50,547 nt of DNA from Gaiellaceae bacterium. Lineage in GTDB: Bacteria; Actinomycetota; Thermoleophilia; Gaiellales; Gaiellaceae. Position 1 is the stretch's first letter. Each line of letters starts with the position of its first letter. The DNA is taken from contig DATBAH010000084.1 in the NCBI GenBank assembly GCA_036271615.1, forward strand, positions 1 to 50,547, given 5' to 3'. Under the pieces are notes generated by a model, which was not told the origin of the DNA, did not search any database, and saw only the letters and a list, made by a program, of their open reading frames with translations. Below are positions 22,022-30,383 of this stretch, piece after piece. The position numbers were made by a program, and so were the translations under genes.

Positions 22022-23377
22022 ATGAGACGTCTTCTCCCCCTCCTCGGGGCCGTGCTCGTCATGGCGCTGGCCCTCTCGAGCGCCGCGTCCGCGGACACGT
22101 TCCGCGTCGAGCGGCCGCATACGAGCGCCGGTGCAAGCTCCGTGACGTTCGCGCAGAGCTCGCAGGTGATTGCGTTCACCTCGTCGCAGAGCGGTCCGAT
22201 GTCCTTCGGCGCGCTGCGCAGCATCTGGCAGGCGGCCGGCAGCGCCTACGGCATCCCGTGGGAGGTGCTCGGCGCCATCAACAAGGTCGAGACGAACTTC
22301 GGCCAGAACCTCGGGCCGAGCTCGGCGGGAGCCGTCGGCTGGATGCAGTTCATGCCCTCGACCTGGGCGCGGTGGGGCATCGACGCGAACGGCGACGGGG
22401 TCGCCGACCCCGACAACCCGACCGACGCGATCTTCAGCGCCGCGCGCTACCTCGACGGCTGCGGCGGACAGGCCGACATCACGCGCGCTGTGTACTGCTA
22501 CAACCACGCGAGCTGGTACGTGAACGAGGTCATGGGCCTCGCCGCCCTGTACAGCGGCAGCGGAGGCAACGGGGTCTTCTCCACCAACACGCTCGTCTCG
22601 TCCGGCGCACAGCTGCAGCCGCAGATCAAGAAGGTCCGCGGCCAGATCGCAGCGTCGAAGACGCAGGTCGCCGCCGCCGGCGCCGGAGCCCGAAAGCTGG
22701 CGCATGCCGAGCGGCGGTTCGTCCACGCCGCAGCGACCGCCCACCTCCTCTCCGACCAGCTCGATGCCCACAAGCACGCCGTCCTGCTCGGTGTCCGGCG
22801 AAGCGCTCTGGACGCGCGGGTGGCCCGGCTGCAAACGCGTCTCCGCTCGGCGACCACCCAGCTCGGCCGGTTGCGCGACCAGGCGTCCACCGGCCAGCTC
22901 CTGTCGTCGCCGCTGTACAGCGGCTTGGGGGCGGCCTCCCAGTACGGCGGCGTCGTCTCGGTCGCGCTGCAGTACCTCGGAATCCCGTACAAGTGGGCCG
23001 GCGCGACGCCGCTGACCGGCTTCGACTGCTCCGGCCTCGTCCAGTACGTGTTCGCGCAGCTCGGGGTCCCGCTGCCGCACAACACGGTGGCTCAGTGGAA
23101 CTCGTCGAACGCCGTCTCGGTGCCTCGCGATCAGCTCCAGCCGGGCGACCTCGTCTTCTTCGACAAGCTCGACCACGTCGGGATCTACATCGGCGACGGG
23201 AACTTCATCGACGCACCGCACACCGGCGCGTTCGTGCGGGTCGATAGCCTCGGCAGCGCCTGGGCGACCGCGAACTACGACGGCGCGAAGCGAATCGTCG
23301 GCGCCCCGCTCGGCAACTTCCAAGTCGGCTCAGGCAGCTCGTCGTTCGCCTCCGACGTCGTCTACTTCACCCATTAG
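22022..23377 (+). CDS. Secreted bifunctional cell-wall hydrolase: lytic transglycosylase domain, coiled-coil linker, NlpC/P60 endopeptidase domain
   Basis: Signal peptide MRRLLPLLGAVLVMALALSSAASA. Transglycosylase block INKVETNFGQN..AGAVGWMQFMPSTWARWGIDANGDGVADPDNPTDAIFSAARYL. NlpC/P60 block GIPYKWAGATPLTGFDCSGLV...DHVGIYIGDGNFIDAPH. Starts 2 nt after the pilT-paralog stop. Confidence 0.9.
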   Translation: MRRLLPLLGAVLVMALALSSAASADTFRVERPHTSAGASSVTFAQSSQVIAFTSSQSGPMSFGALRSIWQAAGSAYGIPWEVLGAINKVETNFGQNLGPSSAGAVGWMQFMPSTWARWGIDANGDGVADPDNPTDAIFSAARYLDGCGGQADITRAVYCYNHASWYVNEVMGLAALYSGSGGNGVFSTNTLVSSGAQLQPQIKKVRGQIAASKTQVAAAGAGARKLAHAERRFVHAAATAHLLSDQLDAHKHAVLLGVRRSALDARVARLQTRLRSATTQLGRLRDQASTGQLLSSPLYSGLGAASQYGGVVSVALQYLGIPYKWAGATPLTGFDCSGLVQYVFAQLGVPLPHNTVAQWNSSNAVSVPRDQLQPGDLVFFDKLDHVGIYIGDGNFIDAPHTGAFVRVDSLGSAWATANYDGAKRIVGAPLGNFQVGSGSSSFASDVVYFTH

Positions 23378-23383
23378 GGGGTC

Positions 23384-23839
23384 ATGGCCATGATCGAACG
23401 TTCCGATGCACGAGCCGTGTCCAGACGCATCGTCACGCTTCCCCGCCTCACAGCCGTCGCTGCAGCCGCCCTGCTCGTGAGCGCCACGATCAGCCTCGCC
23501 GCCGACAAGCCGGCGACGGCGAAGAAGCCGGCGACACACGCCGCGCCGCAGCAGGTGATGGTCGTACCGGACGTGCGCGGCCAACTCTTCGTCTTCGCCT
23601 CCGGCGCGCTCGAGGACTCCGGCTTCGGCTGGAAGGTCCGCGGAGCCGTTCAGGGCTACCCGGCCAACATGGTCGCCTCCCAGTCGCCGCAGCCCGGGGC
23701 GCACGTAGTGAACACGGGCGCTCCGACGATCACGCTTCACCTCGTGCGCGGCAAGGGCGCCGAGCTCGGCTCGCCGCAGGACCGCTCCCCGTACGGAGCG
23801 AGCCTGATCCGGCGGCCGAGCAAGCACACCTCGAAGTAG
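23384..23839 (+). CDS. Secreted single-PASTA-domain protein
   Basis: N-terminal hydrophobic segment, then VPDVRGQLFVFASGALEDSGFGWKVRGAVQGYPANMVASQSPQPGAHVVNTGAPTITLHL, which fits the PASTA pattern. Confidence 0.65.
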   Translation: MAMIERSDARAVSRRIVTLPRLTAVAAAALLVSATISLAADKPATAKKPATHAAPQQVMVVPDVRGQLFVFASGALEDSGFGWKVRGAVQGYPANMVASQSPQPGAHVVNTGAPTITLHLVRGKGAELGSPQDRSPYGASLIRRPSKHTSK

Positions 23840-23918
23840 CCGGCGCGCAGCGGCTCGTCCGGGCCGCGCCGACTTCCTGACACCCGCTGCAAAGCTGCTC
23901 TCAAGCGGCGCCGCGCGG

Positions 23919-24683
23919 ATGTCGATAACGAACGAGATGATCCTCGTCCTCCCGCTCGTCTTCGTCCCGGGCCTCGCCCTGGGCAGCTTCCTCGGCGTGG
24001 TCGCCGCGCGCGTCCCGCTGCGCCGCTCGATCGTGCGGCCGGGATCGGCGTGCATGAGCTGCGAGACGGCGATCCCCTGGTACGACAACGTGCCGGTGCT
24101 GTCGTACGGGCTCCTGCGCGGACGCTGTCGGCGCTGCGGCATCCGCATCCCGCCGCGCGACCTCGCCATCGAGCTCTCGACCGCGCTTCTCCTCGTCGCC
24201 TGCGTGCTCGCGTTCGGGTTCACGCTGAAGACGGCGGCGGCCGCGATCGCCTGCGGAGCGCTCGTCGTGGCCACCGCCACCGACCTCGAGCGCCGCATCG
24301 TCCCGAACAACGTCGTGCTGCCCGCCGCGGCAGCCGTGCTCGCGCTGATGACCGCGTACGACCCGTCGCCTGAGTGGGCGCTCGGCGCCGTCGGCCTGGC
24401 CGGCTTCCTCTTCCTCGCGGCGCTCGCCTACCCGGGCGGAATGGGGATGGGAGACGTCAAGCTCGCTCTGATGATCGGCGCCCTGCTCGGCCGGACGGCG
24501 CCGGTGGCGATGATGATCGCGCTCTTCGCGGCCCTCATGCCGAGCCTCGTCCTCTTTGCGCGGCACGGCCTCGGGGCACGCAAGATGAAGATTCCGTTCG
24601 GCCCCTTCCTCGCCTTCGGCGCCGTCGTCGCCCTCTTCGCCGGCGGTGCCATCCTCGATGCCTACCTCAACCACCTCACGTGA
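23919..24683 (+). CDS. pilD: Prepilin peptidase / N-methyltransferase (A24 family)
   Basis: CxxC...CxxC (CMSCETAI...CRRCG), catalytic Asp contexts ATDLERRIVPN and GMGMGDVKL, multiple TM helices. Alternative start ATG 23937 (MILVLPL...). Confidence 0.92.
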   Translation: MSITNEMILVLPLVFVPGLALGSFLGVVAARVPLRRSIVRPGSACMSCETAIPWYDNVPVLSYGLLRGRCRRCGIRIPPRDLAIELSTALLLVACVLAFGFTLKTAAAAIACGALVVATATDLERRIVPNNVVLPAAAAVLALMTAYDPSPEWALGAVGLAGFLFLAALAYPGGMGMGDVKLALMIGALLGRTAPVAMMIALFAALMPSLVLFARHGLGARKMKIPFGPFLAFGAVVALFAGGAILDAYLNHLT

Positions 24684-24693
24684 GACATCTGCG

Positions 24694-26463
24694 GTGTCTG
24701 CCCAGCCTGCTGTAGGCCCCGGCGGAACCCCGGCGCCTAAGGGCCCGGTGACTCCCGCACCGATCTCGCAGCTCATGGGCGAGCTCGTCGTCGACCTGCT
24801 CGAGACGACCGGCCTGATTCCCGAGGCGAAGTTCGAGGTGCTGCGCGAGCAGGCGAAGCACGCACCGGTCGTGCAGGTGCTGATCGACGAGGGACTGGCT
24901 TCGAGCGAGGCGATCGCGCGCATCGTCGCCGCGCAGTACGGCCTTCCCGTGATCGAGCTCGGCTCGGTCGGCATCGACCCGATCGCGGCGAGCTCCGTGC
25001 CGCTCCACGTGCTCGAGCAGGTCAACGCCCTCCCCTACGCGTTCGAGGACGACTCGCTGTGCGTGGCGATCGCCGACCCGCAGAACATCCACGGCATCGA
25101 CTCGCTGCGCCTCGCGAGCAAGCACCCGATCGCACTGCGCGTCGCCGCCAGCGAGGAGATTGCGAACGAGCTCGGCCGGCTCGCGCGCACCGCGGAGGCG
25201 TTCGGTTCCCGTTCCGGCTTCGGCGACGCCGTCGAGCTCGAGGTCGTCGACGAGGACGAGCTGGACGACCTCGAGGTCGACGACGGCATCTCGGACGCGC
25301 CGCTCGTCCGCCTCGTCAACTCGATCATCTTCGAGGCGGCCGAGGACGGCGCGAGCGACGTCCACTTCGAGCCGCAGCCGGACTCGCTCGTCGTGCGCTT
25401 CCGCATCGACGGCGTGCTCCACGAGACTCAGCGGATCCCGAAGCGGAGCGCGATCGGCGTCACCACGCGCCTGAAGGTGCTGGCCAAGCTCGACATCGCC
25501 GAACGCCGGAAGCCGCAGGACGGCCGCATCTCGCTCTCCGCGTCCGCGGCCGGCCGCATGCTCGACGTCCGCGTCGCCACGCTGCCGACGGTCGAGGGCG
25601 AGTCGGTCGTGATGCGCCTCCTCGACAAGTCGAAGAAGCCGCCGACGATGGAGGAGGTCGGGCTCAGCATGGCGATGCAGGAGCAGCTGGTGACCCTCGT
25701 CCACCGGCCGACCGGCGCCCTGCTCGTCACCGGTCCGACCGGCTCCGGCAAGTCGACGACGCTGTTCTCCGCCATGAGCGAGATCAACCGTCCGGAGATC
25801 AACGTCATCACCGTCGAGGATCCGGTCGAGTACCGCCTCCCGGGCCTGAACCAGGTGCAGATCAACCTGCGGGCCGGGCTGACGTTCGCCACGGTGCTGC
25901 GCTCGATCCTGCGCTCGGACCCCGACGTCGTGATGGTCGGCGAGATCCGAGACGTCGAGACCGCGAAGATCTCGATCGAGGCGGCGCTGACCGGGCACTT
26001 CGTCCTCTCGACGATGCACACGAACGACGCTCCGAGCGCGCTGACGCGACTGAACGAGATGGGTGTCGAGCCCTTCCTCACGGGCGCCGCCGTCACGGGC
26101 GTGCTCGCCCAGCGGCTCGCGCGCCGACTCTGCGAGCACTGCAAGGAGCTCTACACGCCGACGAAGGACGAGCTCTTCACAGCGCGCATCCCCGAGGAGC
26201 TCCGGCACGGCAAGAACGAGCTCTATCGCCGCAACGGCTGTGTCCGCTGCCGGCAAACCGGCTACAAGGGCCGCATCGGCATCTTCCAGCTCCTCCGGAT
26301 GAACGAGGAGCTCTCGACGCTCGCCGCCCGCAAGGCAAGCCACGAAGAGCTCGAGCGGGCGGCGGCCGAAGGCGGCATGGCACCCCTGTGGGCCGACGGG
26401 ATCGAGAAGGCGGTCGCCGGCCTGACCTCGCTCGAAGAGCTCGCCCGCGTCACCACGATCTGA
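24694..26463 (+). CDS. pilB: Type IV pilus assembly (extension) ATPase PilB / GspE family
   Basis: T2SSE_N region, Walker A GPTGSGKSTT, Asp box, Walker B VMVGEIRD, His box, tetracysteine CEHC...CVRC. GTG 24694 is chosen as the first start after the pilD stop; ATG 24775 is possible. Confidence 0.93.
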   Translation: MSAQPAVGPGGTPAPKGPVTPAPISQLMGELVVDLLETTGLIPEAKFEVLREQAKHAPVVQVLIDEGLASSEAIARIVAAQYGLPVIELGSVGIDPIAASSVPLHVLEQVNALPYAFEDDSLCVAIADPQNIHGIDSLRLASKHPIALRVAASEEIANELGRLARTAEAFGSRSGFGDAVELEVVDEDELDDLEVDDGISDAPLVRLVNSIIFEAAEDGASDVHFEPQPDSLVVRFRIDGVLHETQRIPKRSAIGVTTRLKVLAKLDIAERRKPQDGRISLSASAAGRMLDVRVATLPTVEGESVVMRLLDKSKKPPTMEEVGLSMAMQEQLVTLVHRPTGALLVTGPTGSGKSTTLFSAMSEINRPEINVITVEDPVEYRLPGLNQVQINLRAGLTFATVLRSILRSDPDVVMVGEIRDVETAKISIEAALTGHFVLSTMHTNDAPSALTRLNEMGVEPFLTGAAVTGVLAQRLARRLCEHCKELYTPTKDELFTARIPEELRHGKNELYRRNGCVRCRQTGYKGRIGIFQLLRMNEELSTLAARKASHEELERAAAEGGMAPLWADGIEKAVAGLTSLEELARVTTI

Positions 26464-26485
26464 CGAGCGATGCGACTATCCGCCC

Positions 26486-27628
26486 GTGGCGGAGGTCGGC
26501 TGGGACGAGGTTCGGGCGCGCCGTCTGGCGCGCTCCTCGCTGAGCGAACGAGCAAGTAGCGACCAGCTCGTCGAGGTCGTCGGAGCCCTCTGCGGCGTGC
26601 ACGCGCAGGTACAGGCGTCGGCCGAGCTGCAGCTCGCGGCGCGGGTCGACGGAATCGTGCAGGCCGACGTCCGAGCGGCGCTGTGGGAGCGACGAGCGCT
26701 GGTCAAGGCCTGGACGCTGCGGGGGACGCTGCACCTCCACCCTGCCGCGGAGCTGCCGCTCTGGCATGCCGCACGGCGCGCCGTCCTACGCTCGGCCGAC
26801 CGGGGACTGCCCGCGTGGCGCGATCCGGCTGGGGAGCTTCATCCGGCGCTCGGCGCCGGCGAGGTCGAAGCGGTTCGCAGGGCGGTCTGGGACGTGCTCG
26901 ACGGACGCTGCCTGCTGCGGGAGGAGCTCGCGGGAGAGGTCGTGCAGCGGGTGGGCACGACGGCGCGCGACCGCCTCCGCTCGGGCTTCGCGTTCTTCCT
27001 CGCCGAGCTCTGCCAGGGGCCGCCGCAGGGAGCGCGCATCACGCTCGCGCGGCCCGACCAGTGGCTCGAACGGTGGCAGGAGGTGGACGAGGACGAAGCG
27101 CTGCGGGAGGTCTGCCGCCGGTTCCTCCGCACGTACGGGCCAAGTGGGCCGGCCGAGCTCTCGGCGTGGCTCGGCTCGGCCGCGTTCAAGGTCGCGGACG
27201 CGCGGCTCCTGTTCGACGAGCTGGCCGGGGAGCTGGAAGAGGTCGACGTCGACGGCCGACGGTGCTTCGTTCTCGCCGCCGACCTCGCGGTCCCGGCACC
27301 GAGCCCCCAGGTGCGGCTGCTGCCCGAGTACGACGTCTACGTGATGGGATTCCGCGAGCGCGACCAGCTCGTGCCGGAATCCGTGCGAGAGCTGGTCGCG
27401 AGCGACGGCCGCGGCCGGTACGAGGGGCCGGCCGGCGTCCGCTTCGTGCTGGTCGACGGGATCGCCGCCGGACTGTGGCAGCGCCGCCGCCGCGGCAAGC
27501 GGATCGAGCTGGACGTCCGGCTCGCCCGGCGCCTCGGGAAGGCTGCCCGCGCGGAGCTCGCACGCGAGGCGAACCGGATCGCTGAATTCCTCGGGCTCGA
27601 GCCGGTGCTGAGCGTCAGCTCGGCCTGA
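26486..27628 (+). CDS. Winged-helix DNA-binding, AlkZ/YcaQ-like (DUF1006) DNA glycosylase family protein
   Basis: N-terminus VRARRLARSSL...GVHAQVQASAELQLAARV...LVKAWTLRGTLHL is typical of this family as I remember it. Confidence 0.75.
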   Translation: MAEVGWDEVRARRLARSSLSERASSDQLVEVVGALCGVHAQVQASAELQLAARVDGIVQADVRAALWERRALVKAWTLRGTLHLHPAAELPLWHAARRAVLRSADRGLPAWRDPAGELHPALGAGEVEAVRRAVWDVLDGRCLLREELAGEVVQRVGTTARDRLRSGFAFFLAELCQGPPQGARITLARPDQWLERWQEVDEDEALREVCRRFLRTYGPSGPAELSAWLGSAAFKVADARLLFDELAGELEEVDVDGRRCFVLAADLAVPAPSPQVRLLPEYDVYVMGFRERDQLVPESVRELVASDGRGRYEGPAGVRFVLVDGIAAGLWQRRRRGKRIELDVRLARRLGKAARAELAREANRIAEFLGLEPVLSVSSA

Positions 27629-27635
27629 CGAACCG

Positions 27636-28823
27636 CTACTTGTTGCGGGAGCGGCCCATGCTGAACTTCGTGGGCCGGCTCGCGGCGGCGAGATCCTCGA
27701 GCGAGCTCGGCGGCGGGGTGAAGCCGCCGGCCGGCGTGGGCTCCTCGGCCGGCTCGGGCGCAGGAGCCTCTGCTTCGGCCTCGACCTGCGGCTCGGGCTC
27801 CGGCTCGGGCTCGGGCTCGGGCTCCGGCTCCGGCTCCGGCTCCGGCTCGGCCTTGCCGTCATTCGCCGCTGCGAGCAGCTGCTCGGCCTCGCGGCGGGCG
27901 GTGTCCGAGATGTCGCGAGCCTCGAAGCCCGCCTGCGCCAGGAGCTCGTCGGCGGACGCGCGGGCCCCTTCGGCACTCTGCGCGGCCTCGGCACTCGCCC
28001 GGGTGACGACGTCTTCTGCCTCCGACCGCGCGGTTCCCAGCAGGGTTTCGGCCTCGGAGCGCGCGTTGCCGAGCATCGACTCCGCCTCGGCGCGAGCGTT
28101 GCCGAGCAGCGACTCGGCCTCCGAGCGCGCGGCGTTCAACGCGTTCTCCGCCTCCGATCGGAGTCCCTCCGTGGCGGATTCGGCCTCGGTGCGAGCGGCG
28201 GAGACGAGAGCGTCGGCCCCGGAGCGGGCAGCCTCTAGAGCCGCATCAGCCTCCGAGCGCGCCGAGCCCGCCACGGACTCGGCCTCGTTCCGGGCGGCGG
28301 CGAGAAGGCCCTCGGACTCGGCCCGCGCCTCCTCTTGCAATGCGTGTGCGCGTTCGCCCGCGGCTGCGACCGTCGCTGCGGCCTCCTGCTCCACGTTGCT
28401 CAGGCGCCCCTGCGCCTCGCGGAGTGCCTCGGCCGCCTGGCCGCGCTGCTCCTCGAGCTCCTGCTGGACCTGCGTCGCCTCCTGGCGCGCCGCTTCGAGG
28501 TCGCGCTTGAGGTGGTCGAGCTCCTTCTCGCGCTCGTCGAGGGCGAGCCGGCGCAGCCGGACCTCCTCCTCGGTGCGCGTGATGCGATCCTTCGCCGTCT
28601 CCTGTGCGTCACGCTCGATCCGGTCGGCGAGCTCGACCGCAGCGCGTACGAGCTCGAGCGCCTCGAGTCGCGCGGAACGGTTGTCCGCGGTGAAGCCACC
28701 GGAGCCGACATCGGGAGCGTCGGGATTCGGAGGCAGACGCTCGAGCTGAGGGAGCGCGATCACGTCTGCGACAGGCTCGTGCTCGTGCCGAAGCTCGCCT
28801 TCTTCTCTTGCCACGGGATCCAC
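27636..28823 (-). CDS. Repeat protein: N-terminal coiled coil, about eleven 11-residue (hendecad) ARSEAE-type repeats, (EP)n tract, basic C-terminus
   Basis: ARNEAESVAGS ARSEADAALEA ARSGADALVSA ARTEAESATEG LRSEAENALNA ARSEAESLLGN ARAEAESMLGN ARSEAETLLGT ARSEAEDVVTR..., read from the track protein. High GC3. Confidence 0.7.
   Translation of the reverse strand: MDPVAREEGELRHEHEPVADVIALPQLERLPPNPDAPDVGSGGFTADNRSARLEALELVRAAVELADRIERDAQETAKDRITRTEEEVRLRRLALDEREKELDHLKRDLEAARQEATQVQQELEEQRGQAAEALREAQGRLSNVEQEAAATVAAAGERAHALQEEARAESEGLLAAARNEAESVAGSARSEADAALEAARSGADALVSAARTEAESATEGLRSEAENALNAARSEAESLLGNARAEAESMLGNARSEAETLLGTARSEAEDVVTRASAEAAQSAEGARASADELLAQAGFEARDISDTARREAEQLLAAANDGKAEPEPEPEPEPEPEPEPEPEPQVEAEAEAPAPEPAEEPTPAGGFTPPPSSLEDLAAASRPTKFSMGRSRNK
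27790..27849. repeat. Hexanucleotide microsatellite (GGCTCS)x10 encoding the (EP)n tract
   Basis: ggctcg ggctcc ggctcg ggctcg ggctcg ggctcc ggctcc ggctcc ggctcc ggctcg, read directly from the sequence. Confidence 0.9.
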
Positions 28824-28843
28824 CTCGCTCCCGCTCGCGGCCT

Positions 28844-29125
28844 CTAGGCGTGAATCTCGCAGCCGAGGTACACGAGCGCCTCGACGGCCTCGGTCACGAA
28901 CGTGCTCGCCTGCTGGGCGTCCGCAAAGCTGTACGACCGCGGCTCGGCTCCGTCCTCGCGGCCGTCCACCTCGACGTCGACGACGCAGGCGTCACCGAAG
29001 TCACGCGCCCGCATCGTCACGACGGGACGCCCGTACCGGCTCGCGCTGCGGACGAAGAGCTCCCGAGGCTCCGGCTCGCGCGGCTCCGGCTCGGCTGCCT
29101 GCTGCGGGCGGCCGCCCCTTCTCAT
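28844..29125 (-). CDS. Small hypothetical protein (93 aa)
   Basis: The ATG overlaps the upstream stop (ATGA), which suggests translational coupling. High GC3. No family recognised. Confidence 0.5.
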   Translation of the reverse strand: MRRGGRPQQAAEPEPREPEPRELFVRSASRYGRPVVTMRARDFGDACVVDVEVDGREDGAEPRSYSFADAQQASTFVTEAVEALVYLGCEIHA

Positions 29126-29652
29126 CAGCGTGCGTCTGCGGCGGCCTGAGCGACCACGTCGCGGTCGACGAAGCCCTTGAAGTCCGAGTAGATCGTGCCC
29201 GGCCGCGTGACCACCAGGATCTCGGGGGTGTCGACGACTCCGAGCTTGCGGAGAATCGCCGTACCGGCCCGCTGGTGGAAGACGTCGACGGCGACGTAGC
29301 CCACACCCGCCGTGGTTGCACCGGCCTGCGCCTCGGCACGCTCGAAGGTCTGGTCCTGGCCACGCGGCGTGGTGACGGCAACGACGACGACGGCGTGCTT
29401 CTGGAGGGCCCGGGCGACCGCCACCGGCAGCCCGTGGGTGTGGAGCGTGGTCGGCGTCACGGCGTGCGAGTGCGCCTTGCTCGGGGTGGGAGTCGTCTGC
29501 GCTGGTGTGCTCTGCGCGGGAGCGGTCACCGCGGGCGTCGTGGTCGGCGTATTCGACTTGTGGCGCGTGACCACATAGCCGCCGGCGGCCACGACGACCA
29601 GCACGAGCAGGGCGACAAGCCGGATCTGGCGCGTGCTCAACGTCGTGTTCAT
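29125..29652 (-). CDS. Membrane-anchored protein: N-terminal TM, Thr/Pro linker, ~100-aa C-terminal globular domain (thioredoxin-fold-like, no CxxC)
   Basis: AGGAGGG SD; IRLVALLVLVVVAAGGYVV TM helix; TPTTTPAVTAPAQSTPAQTTPTPS linker. Confidence 0.6.
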   Translation of the reverse strand: MNTTLSTRQIRLVALLVLVVVAAGGYVVTRHKSNTPTTTPAVTAPAQSTPAQTTPTPSKAHSHAVTPTTLHTHGLPVAVARALQKHAVVVVAVTTPRGQDQTFERAEAQAGATTAGVGYVAVDVFHQRAGTAILRKLGVVDTPEILVVTRPGTIYSDFKGFVDRDVVAQAAADAR

Positions 29653-29720
29653 GGCCCTCCTATCGGCAGGCCCGGCGGCGCGGGCCTCCCTGAAACGGGG
29701 GATACGCGCTGCCGGCGGTG

Positions 29721-29755
29721 AGAGAAAGAGAGAGGGCGCGGTTTCCCGCGCCCTC
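29721..29755 (-). terminator. Intrinsic terminator downstream of pilA
   Basis: Perfect 10-bp stem GAGGGCGCGG / CCGCGCCCTC (29732-29741 and 29746-29755) with a 4-nt loop. On the minus strand it is followed by TCTCTTTCTCT. Confidence 0.7.
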
Positions 29756-29782
29756 GGCAGTACACGTGCTAGAGCGTTACGA

Positions 29783-30223
29783 CTAGCAGGGGTCCGACGT
29801 CACGGCGGGGGAAGCAGTGTCCCCGTTGGTGACCTGGCCGCCGGGGCCCTTGACGAACGCCCAGTGACCACCGTCGACCGCCGAGATGCAGTACGACTGC
29901 ACATCGCCGGTCTTCGGCACGGCGCTGACGATGCCGGTCGAGCCCGAGGTCGAAACGACCAGGCCGCTGTCGTAGGCGGTCTTCAGCCCGCCGGCAGTCA
30001 TGCCCGTGTAGCTGTTGACGTCCGAGTAGAACGCCTCGGCGTCAGGAATGGCCGAGCGGACGTCCGACATCGCCGCCGTCTGCTGGGCCTTCTTCTGGAA
30101 GCCCAGGTAAGACGGAATGGCGATAGCGAGCAGGACGCCGATGATGATCAGAACGACGAGGAGCTCGATCAGCGTGAACGCGCTCTCGTCTCTGACATTG
30201 AGCCTCTGCCTGAGGGAATGCAT
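29783..30223 (-). CDS. pilA: Type IV major pilin (class III signal peptide, C-terminal disulfide pair)
   Basis: MHSLRQRLNVRDESA/FTLIELLVVLIIIGVLLAIAIPSY, Glu at +5, two Cys (YCISAV ... DPC at the C-terminus). AAAGGAG SD. Confidence 0.9.
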   Translation of the reverse strand: MHSLRQRLNVRDESAFTLIELLVVLIIIGVLLAIAIPSYLGFQKKAQQTAAMSDVRSAIPDAEAFYSDVNSYTGMTAGGLKTAYDSGLVVSTSGSTGIVSAVPKTGDVQSYCISAVDGGHWAFVKGPGGQVTNGDTASPAVTSDPC

Positions 30224-30285
30224 GCAGTCTCCTTTGTAGGACGGGTAACCCAGACCCGCCCTCTATCGGCAGCCCGCCCTGCGGC

Positions 30286-30383
30286 TCCCTCCCCTCGACC
30301 GAGTGATTCGCTCTACCCCCGACTCACCCGCGCTGGGGGATGCCTTCCGGGCGCAGCACCCGTCCCTCCCTCGACCGAGGGAT
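30286..30383. promoter_or_regulatory. Two ~21-bp direct repeats, each containing a CCCTCG-AC-CGAG(G/T)G inverted repeat, in the pilA-pilT divergent intergenic region
   Basis: 30286-30307 TCCCTCCCCTCGACCGAGTGAT and 30363-30383 TCCCTCCCTCGACCGAGGGAT, read directly. They are candidate transcription-factor sites. Confidence 0.35.

Noticed and set aside
26486-27628. AlkZ-like glycosylase gene as part of the pilus system
   Set aside because: It has no functional link I can support and its family is associated with DNA repair. It is more likely a passenger gene between convergent pil operons.
27790-27849. Regular short repeats that might suggest a CRISPR-like array
   Set aside because: The 6-bp units have no spacers and lie inside a coding frame as Glu-Pro codons. 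This is a microsatellite, not a CRISPR array.
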